Virus record (IMG/VR): IMGVR_UViG_3300025849_003344
Length of the DNA stretch: 64,000 bases
DNA from: a virus
Lineage: Duplodnaviria; Caudoviricetes
Reading direction: 5' to 3' (one strand)
This document shows positions 57,448-64,000 of this stretch, one piece after another. A model generated the notes under the pieces. The model had not been told where the DNA came from. It was given only the letters and a program-made list of their open reading frames with translations, and did no database searches. How positions within the stretch are numbered: position 1 is the stretch's first letter; every line of letters starts with the position of its first letter. The position numbers and the translations under genes were made by a program.

Positions 57448-57673
57448 TGTTTTCTACCAATCTTTGCAACAGCCCCTTAATATCGGCCATATCTTTTTTT
57501 ATATTATCAACATCGTCTTTTACTAATTCAAACTCTAAGGCTTTCTTTTTTCTTTCAGCCTTGAGGTGTCTAGCTCTTTTAATTTCTTCAGCATTTACAT
57601 TCACTATTGCACCATTATTAGGGTCTCGAAAAAACGATTCTGTACCCTGTACTTTCTGATATTTATCTTTCAT
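57440..57673 (-). CDS. Small conserved protein following the DUF4815 gene
   Basis: KVQGTESFFRDPNNGAIVNVN followed by a coiled coil. Confidence 0.65.
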   Translation of the reverse strand: MKDKYQKVQGTESFFRDPNNGAIVNVNAEEIKRARHLKAERKKKALEFELVKDDVDNIKKDMADIKGLLQRLVENNG

Positions 57674-57674
57674 T

Positions 57675-60600
57675 TTAAACTGCCAAAGCTATTACTCTTA
57701 GGTCCTTAAATGTTGGAACTCTTGCATTATTAGTAGATGTCATTACAAGTTTAATAATAAATCTGTTAAATGGTACTGCCAATCCACCTTGACCACCAAC
57801 AATAAATTGGTAATCTCTGAAAATTGCTGGATTTTCATCAGAAGGAAGATTAACTTCCCGCTTAACTTCTACCCAGTCAACATCTTCAAATCTAGCGTCA
57901 TCACTAATTGCTTTATAATACATTTCAAAATTTGCAACTGATGGACGGTTGGCACCAAGAATAATTTTAAGACCAACAGAAGCTTCTGCTAAAGTTACAG
58001 GTCTTGTGATATGTTTCGATATTATAGTGCCACCAGTTTTGTCTGTTTCTGCAATGAAGTTTAACGGAGTATTAATATTTGTTAAAGAGGATCCATCAGA
58101 ATCTGGATTATCAATTCTATTGTGCGTCAACCAAAGAGCAGCACGTTGCATATCAACAACCGGTGATACATATTCGGACGCTGTTTCTAAATCAACTTTG
58201 ATAGTTGCTGATTTTTCTCCGGATGCTAGATTTGCAGTTTCAATATAATCTGAAGCGATAACTCTAGGCGCATTGAAAATATTTCTATTACGAAGCGCTA
58301 AAGGAGAATAAGCTAAATCTTGACTATATGCAGTCTCAGAACCGGCAATGGACTTACCTGTCATAAATTTACCTGATACAGCTAAAGACGTAGACTGCGG
58401 AAGATTAGTTTCAAGATACGGCCAAACTTCTTCGAATGGAATGTTTTGGCTATTTAGAACTGCAAACCCTCCAATTGATTTTGTTAATGTAGCATTGCCA
58501 CTAGCTTCAACCGTAAAGTTGTCATGATCAACCGATGTGATTTCTCTTGTTCCTAAAATATCAGTGCCGTCAAGTCCTGCATAAGTAAGAGCTGAATCAA
58601 AACCATAAATCTTAACGTCGTCTCCAGCAACAAATCCATGATCTTCATGATTAATTGTTAATGTAGCATCTCCGCTTACTGCAGAGATAGGATCTACGTT
58701 AAGCAGGCGCAACGGAACGGTACCATTTCTCATAATAATTTCTGCATTATCAGTTGAGAATTTAGCTCTCTTGATTTTAAACATAAGATCTTTTGCTTGA
58801 TCCGGTTCCCATGTTGAACCGTTTTGTGACTTAAACAATGATCCCATTGCAGGCTGAGATGTAATACGTTTTTCAGTAGAATTAAGAATAAATTCTTCTG
58901 TTTCTGCGATATAGACGTTATAGCTATCACATTCAGAAAGAAGAACTACTGAATATTCTTCGTATGGCATTAGGAAGACAGGCTCTTCGAATGTGAATGT
59001 TGTTACTGCTGTAGCATCATCAGACACATTAATATTTGAAGGAGATTTAAATACCACTGAACCTGGCATGATTTCGTCAGAAGCAGGAACGCCATTAACC
59101 GTTGGACGCAACTGAAGTTGTGCCGGAATAATATCGTCTTTTGAGTTAAAGTAAATATCTACACTGGTAATAAACACACCATCTTGATCGCTTACAAAGA
59201 ATGTCTGAGCAAGAGGATCAGCTTGTCTTATTGTACGAGGCGGAGTAACGACTACACCATTAACTCGACGTTCGCCTGTAGCGACATTCCAAGAAGTAAC
59301 TGATATACCTGTTCTTGATCCTGTTACGCTAGAACTAGAGTTGCTAACCGTACTTGTTGCAACATTTCTAACTCGAGTAGATCTGACAGTGCGTTGTCGT
59401 GTTTCTAAAACACCTTGAGCTACGTACGCTGCAATTGCCATAGACGTTGCGTTTTCTTCATTATTACCTGAAATATCAAGCAGCTTGAATTCTCTCACAC
59501 CAGTACGGAATCGTTCTGTATCAGTATTCGGAATAAAGAATTCGCCTTCTACTTTACCTTCATTATCAGTAAACAAAGATGTTCCGCCGCCATCAGGATG
59601 ACCGGTGTTTCTATCATACCTATTGCCTGCTTCATTGTCTGTTGCAGAAATTCGAGTAAAGCTACCGGATCTAACCCAATTATCGACGCCTACTCCATCA
59701 AAAAATGGGAACATTCTGTGATTTGGCTTTAACCCTTCGGCTCTAAAGCTGACTCGTCGAGATCTCATAAACGGTATCATTGCAACATCGACTACTCTAT
59801 CACCTACGACGCTTCGAATAGTGGAGAAAGATGCAACTCGTGCAACGGCAGTTCTTGTAGTTACAGTAGTAATGTCAGTTGTAGTCGTACGCGTAGCTGT
59901 TGCTCTCCAATTACCTGCTGCGCCATTACCTGTTGCAGTTGAGGTCCTACTACTATTGCTGGTCGATGAGCCTAGACTTTGTTGTCTAGTATCACCAGTT
60001 GAAGTACCACCCCAATTCCATTGTGAATTATTAAACAGCTGAGCTTGGCTACCGCTTATTCGAGTAACAGTACCGCCACTAATCACATTATCAGCAATAC
60101 GTTGCGTCTCTCTCCAATCATCTGAAGCTGGTGAAAGAGTTACGACGCCTTGGTTAGTGATAACATTAAACGGATTAATGTTCATTGTCCCAGAAACTTG
60201 AGGTTGATTTAAGTAATCAACTTCACTAAATTTCATGTAAACGTTATCACCTTTGATAACAGTATTTGTAGACAAATCAGAATCGTAAATAAGCCGAATA
60301 TTTTCTTCTCTGAAAGAAGGTCTTAATATTTGTGCCTGAGGATCAATAGATGCTCTATACTCAACGTTATTAAAATCTGTAGCAAGCTGATCTTGGAAGT
60401 TATCAACTAAGAATCCAGCCTTTGTTCTATCATTGCCTGTAGAATCAAAGACTGCAAAGTTAGATAATCCAGTCTCTAGTAACGATAGTGTTGTAAGTTC
60501 AAATAGGTTATCAACCTTTTTCTCGATAGAAGAAATATCATCCATAGAGAATTTTTTCTTATCGATAGGAATACTACCAACGTCTGAATCGTCGATTGTA

Positions 60601-62909
60601 AACGGAGCCATATTAACGTCAAATAAGTTTAAGGTATTTTCAGGAATATCTGGATATTGCGGCTGAAGATCAGATCTGCCTTTGATGTTAAATATGTTTG
60701 CATCTTGGTCTATAACAAATCTATCAAACCTAGGCAAATAATATTCAGCGTCAGCTGTGATAAGATCAGTATTTGTTGGCAATTCGTTAATACGGGCTGT
60801 ACCGCCGGTAAAGTCAGAGTCTTTATCAGTTTTACGAGGACGGAAATCTAAAACGTTTCTTAGTTCAACTTTGTTTCCGTCATTCAATGTGTGAGATGGA
60901 ATATCACCGTAATTTACCTGACCGGTATATGAGTTAACAGCGAAGAAGTCGCCAGACGCACCATGCTGAAAATATCTAAATCGTGCAAATAGATCGCCGG
61001 TTGGAGCTGTTTTGTTACCCTTTAATATGAGACGTGCAGGACCATACCAGTTATCGCGTTGACCGTTATCAATAATAAAGTCATTTAATCTATCGGCGCC
61101 GTCGGAATCAGAATCTCTTAAACGATCGAGTTTAAATAGATCTGGTTTTTCTAGCTCAAGGAATTTAAGGCCATTACCATCAGACTCAACTACACCTGAA
61201 ACTGTTGTTTCCAAGAGAGTCTTTGTGCGAACAGAACCTGAAGACTTGTTAACTTTTGTAATAACCTCAACGTTCGTGTTTGTTGGACCATTTGAAAGAG
61301 CTGCAGATTGGCTACCTGAGCCAGTGATTGTTGGAGTAATAATTTCACCATCAGAATCTACTGATACAATCCAATCTCCAGTATTTGCAAACGTCTCACC
61401 GGTTGCTGTAACTGTAAGAGTAGCCTGACCTGACGCATCGAATGTTGCGTTAAATTTACGTTGTACTTCTAAGGAAATATCAGATAGCGTTTTAGGTCTA
61501 GTAAAAGGTAATTCAAATAGTAGGTTATTATTACCAATATCGTTTAGAATAGCGTTTCCGTTATCTAGTAAGATGTCTGCATAATCTAGAGCTGAACCAC
61601 CGATTGAACGTACATCAGAAAACTTTTGGCCAGAGTTCATTACGATATCAAAAATGTATATTCTAAAATTAGCACCGTCTTCTTCGATATATCGTGAACG
61701 ACAAGTACCAATCGTAGATCCGCCATGTCCAGTTGCGCTTCTTAAGTTACGAACTTGGAAAACGTTAACGTTAGGAGTACCAACAATAGTATCACAAATT
61801 ATGTAATTACCATAGTTTGCAGCAACAACTTGGTTATTTAGATTAGATGTTTCTTGAGCCTTTGCAACTCTAATTCTTGTAGGATATTGTTTTTCTGCAC
61901 GATAACCATTAACATACGCTAATCCAGGAGAGACTACTGCTCTCAAAAAGTTAGCATTTGAATCATCTTCAAAGTTTAAGATAAAGGGTGAAATTAGGAA
62001 ATCGCCGTTAATATCTTTTGTACGTTGAGCCATACGATCTTCGATGGCTTTGTATTGATTATTACCGGTTACAATATCAAAAATAACACCATTAATAACA
62101 CGACAGAAATATACAAAGTTTTCATCGGAATCTACTTCATCATCTGTTGCAATAATTAATCTGATTCTATAGCGATCAGCTCCAGGAGCTGAGGTATTAG
62201 GAGTAGCTCCCTGATTATCATATAATGCTTCAGCGTCTGTAGAAGAAACAATGTCTTGAGTTATCTTAAACCCAACTGTTACAGTAGGCAAAGATGTATA
62301 TTTACTGATAATTTTAGATTGTTTAGCTACAAAAACAAAATGTCCTTGTACAAAGAAATCACCCTTTTCGATCGAAATACGAGAACCAAATCCTGTAGCA
62401 GGATTTACAACAGTATCAGTTGCCTGTACTGTAAGAGTAACACCAGAATTTGTTCCTACAACATCTTCACTTGCAGTTACTGTTCTTGAAGTATCGAACG
62501 TTGTTGCGTTAAGTGTATCTGTATATCTTACATATAATGTTGCCGGATCGCTAGCGGTAGCCGCAACTACTTCTAATACTATAAACTTAAAGGTTGAATC
62601 TTGGCCAGTAAACTCATCTCCCACGATTGCGGTAGTATCAACGGGAAGCGTATTTGTTGTCGTATCGAGTTTAATAAATTCATATCTGGTATTTAGTGTC
62701 GGTCCGCCTGGATTTACGGAAGCGCCTTCTTTAAAAATATTACGTCCAAAGCGCTCAATCTCTTTTTGAATAATAGTTTGCATCTGGGTAAGCTCTCTTG
62801 CTTGAAGAGCTTTACCAGCGTTAAACAATACTCTATAGTAATTGTCACTGTCTTTATAATCATCTTTATACGTATTGCTAAAGAGATTCTCTGTAAATCT
62901 GTTTGCCAT
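57675..62909 (-). CDS. Large baseplate-associated virion protein (DUF4815/VrlC-like)
   Basis: YKDDY...YYRVLF..GKALQARELTQMQ, APGADRY, GFLVDNF, NPFNV, PLAQTF, LFKSQNGSTW, VPTFKDLRVIAL. Confidence 0.85.
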   Translation of the reverse strand: MANRFTENLFSNTYKDDYKDSDNYYRVLFNAGKALQARELTQMQTIIQKEIERFGRNIFKEGASVNPGGPTLNTRYEFIKLDTTTNTLPVDTTAIVGDEFTGQDSTFKFIVLEVVAATASDPATLYVRYTDTLNATTFDTSRTVTASEDVVGTNSGVTLTVQATDTVVNPATGFGSRISIEKGDFFVQGHFVFVAKQSKIISKYTSLPTVTVGFKITQDIVSSTDAEALYDNQGATPNTSAPGADRYRIRLIIATDDEVDSDENFVYFCRVINGVIFDIVTGNNQYKAIEDRMAQRTKDINGDFLISPFILNFEDDSNANFLRAVVSPGLAYVNGYRAEKQYPTRIRVAKAQETSNLNNQVVAANYGNYIICDTIVGTPNVNVFQVRNLRSATGHGGSTIGTCRSRYIEEDGANFRIYIFDIVMNSGQKFSDVRSIGGSALDYADILLDNGNAILNDIGNNNLLFELPFTRPKTLSDISLEVQRKFNATFDASGQATLTVTATGETFANTGDWIVSVDSDGEIITPTITGSGSQSAALSNGPTNTNVEVITKVNKSSGSVRTKTLLETTVSGVVESDGNGLKFLELEKPDLFKLDRLRDSDSDGADRLNDFIIDNGQRDNWYGPARLILKGNKTAPTGDLFARFRYFQHGASGDFFAVNSYTGQVNYGDIPSHTLNDGNKVELRNVLDFRPRKTDKDSDFTGGTARINELPTNTDLITADAEYYLPRFDRFVIDQDANIFNIKGRSDLQPQYPDIPENTLNLFDVNMAPFTIDDSDVGSIPIDKKKFSMDDISSIEKKVDNLFELTTLSLLETGLSNFAVFDSTGNDRTKAGFLVDNFQDQLATDFNNVEYRASIDPQAQILRPSFREENIRLIYDSDLSTNTVIKGDNVYMKFSEVDYLNQPQVSGTMNINPFNVITNQGVVTLSPASDDWRETQRIADNVISGGTVTRISGSQAQLFNNSQWNWGGTSTGDTRQQSLGSSTSNSSRTSTATGNGAAGNWRATATRTTTTDITTVTTRTAVARVASFSTIRSVVGDRVVDVAMIPFMRSRRVSFRAEGLKPNHRMFPFFDGVGVDNWVRSGSFTRISATDNEAGNRYDRNTGHPDGGGTSLFTDNEGKVEGEFFIPNTDTERFRTGVREFKLLDISGNNEENATSMAIAAYVAQGVLETRQRTVRSTRVRNVATSTVSNSSSSVTGSRTGISVTSWNVATGERRVNGVVVTPPRTIRQADPLAQTFFVSDQDGVFITSVDIYFNSKDDIIPAQLQLRPTVNGVPASDEIMPGSVVFKSPSNINVSDDATAVTTFTFEEPVFLMPYEEYSVVLLSECDSYNVYIAETEEFILNSTEKRITSQPAMGSLFKSQNGSTWEPDQAKDLMFKIKRAKFSTDNAEIIMRNGTVPLRLLNVDPISAVSGDATLTINHEDHGFVAGDDVKIYGFDSALTYAGLDGTDILGTREITSVDHDNFTVEASGNATLTKSIGGFAVLNSQNIPFEEVWPYLETNLPQSTSLAVSGKFMTGKSIAGSETAYSQDLAYSPLALRNRNIFNAPRVIASDYIETANLASGEKSATIKVDLETASEYVSPVVDMQRAALWLTHNRIDNPDSDGSSLTNINTPLNFIAETDKTGGTIISKHITRPVTLAEASVGLKIILGANRPSVANFEMYYKAISDDARFEDVDWVEVKREVNLPSDENPAIFRDYQFIVGGQGGLAVPFNRFIIKLVMTSTNNARVPTFKDLRVIALAV

Positions 62910-62918
62910 TTAATTGCC

Positions 62919-64000
62919 TTACAGCTGAATAATAACTTTAATATCTTCGGTTTGGTTCGGGTCTCTTTCGATAGCCGCTCTATTATCTACATATAATAAA
63001 TCTCCGGTAAACGGTTTAACTGTAGATTTGGTAAATGCATCATCATCGCCGTCAATAGAAGCAGAATCTAAAATACCTTCACCATTACCATCAGTTTCGG
63101 TAATAGTTTCACCTTCAATAAACGTGAAATATCCTGTAGAATCAGTCTGATGATACCAAACATAATTTGAATCGAATTTATCGATATAACCCCTTGCAGC
63201 AGAAGTGGATCCAAGAATTGTTTTATCTTCGCTAAAGTTTGCTGCGATAGAACTAAACTTCAACTTATTTAATACATTACCAGCAGTACCTGTATATAAT
63301 GCACCGTCTGCAGCTGAATCGGTTTCGTATGGGTTTTTTATAATTCCGATTTGTCTAAAATCGTTACTTGTGATTAAAGCGTTGTCTTCATCTCCGGTCA
63401 GTTTAGTATTGAACATAAGAGCCGTCGATCTTAGATCATCTCTTGGGTCAGCGCCAATACCACCTGCAGGTGCTAATACGGTTCGAGCAACAGCTCCTGA
63501 TCCGCCTCCACCCGAGAATGATACTGATGCATATGCATACCCGGCACCGTAAGCTTTACCTGAACCAGAATCTTGCATTTCAACTTTAACTACTGCTCCG
63601 TTAAATACTGTTGCAGTTGCTTTAGGAGCTTTAGTTCCGTTACCAGTAAATGAAATAGTGGGAGCTGAAGTATAACCTGTTCCACCATTGTTTAATTTGA
63701 CCGCAACTACTTCACCCGGATTAGCAGCATTCTGAATAGAATATTGCTCCTGTTCTAGAGCTGGATCAGTGGCGTCTGCAGAATCAATAAATTGAATTGG
63801 AATATAGTTAGCTGAAGTAAACTTAGTAGATCTCAAAGCCGTTTGACCGTACAGATATTTCCATACATAACCATCTGCAGTGTCAAAGGGTCTCGTAAGA
63901 GTGCCAGTAGGTTTAACTGTAGACGTAACCGCATTGCCTTGTGTATCTCTACCCTGCTGTAAACAAATGTAAACAGCAAGTTCATCTGTCATAACGTAAT
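62919..64000 (-). CDS. gp8: Baseplate wedge subunit gp8 (5' end outside the window)
   Basis: VYICLQQG, DGYVWKYLY, NDFRQIGIIKNP, GDLLYVDNRAAI.R...QTEDIKVIIQL; frame is open to the window edge. Confidence 0.9.
   Translation of the reverse strand, partial: YVMTDELAVYICLQQGRDTQGNAVTSTVKPTGTLTRPFDTADGYVWKYLYGQTALRSTKFTSANYIPIQFIDSADATDPALEQEQYSIQNAANPGEVVAVKLNNGGTGYTSAPTISFTGNGTKAPKATATVFNGAVVKVEMQDSGSGKAYGAGYAYASVSFSGGGGSGAVARTVLAPAGGIGADPRDDLRSTALMFNTKLTGDEDNALITSNDFRQIGIIKNPYETDSAADGALYTGTAGNVLNKLKFSSIAANFSEDKTILGSTSAARGYIDKFDSNYVWYHQTDSTGYFTFIEGETITETDGNGEGILDSASIDGDDDAFTKSTVKPFTGDLLYVDNRAAIERDPNQTEDIKVIIQL

Noticed and set aside
1-64000. Genome-wide TAG reassignment, prompted by the amber codon at 2002-2004
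   Set aside because: TAG ends intact genes (gp20 at 19115, 29060-29062, 40316), and core genes are full length under the standard code

Overview
The window is a 64-kb segment of a large T4-like myovirus of the marine type (cyanophage/pelagiphage gene order). Nearly all genes are on the minus strand. In transcription order it holds: baseplate and fibre genes (gp8, a DUF4815/VrlC-like protein, two very large fibre proteins, six Cys-rich adhesin-like genes); neck, terminase, sheath, tube, portal and head genes (gp13-gp23, gp3); and the recombination/replication block uvsY-uvsW-gp55-gp47-gp46-gp45-gp44-gp62-regA. Three sugar-metabolism islands are inserted: (i) 1-5196, with a nucleotide-sugar dehydrogenase, two paralogous GT-like proteins and a glutaredoxin-phosphomannomutase fusion; (ii) 27.4-35.5 kb, with an almost complete ADP-heptose pathway, a GT9 heptosyltransferase-like gene, two carbamoyltransferases and an inverted hemO-pcyX cassette; (iii) 52.8-54.9 kb, GT-methyltransferase-GT. 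The strongest candidate for an undescribed system is a phage-encoded virion glycan shield. Asp-Ser dipeptides are strongly and directionally enriched in external virion proteins (about 51 DS versus about 9 SD in the 1680-aa fibre, hand count) but not in enzymes, and the sugar pathways lie beside these genes. Other highlights: a GTA-type head-spike module ending in a PA14 lectin domain right after gp23; six Cys-rich genes that resolve into a duplicated A-B-C triplet; a late promoter in front of hemO-pcyX; an isochorismatase-like gene split by one in-frame TAG; and an ORF-less promoter next to gp55. No tRNA, CRISPR array, transposase or intron was seen. All assignments come from motif recognition by eye; no database search was run. 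The host is inferred, not shown: an alphaproteobacterium is more likely than a cyanobacterium.
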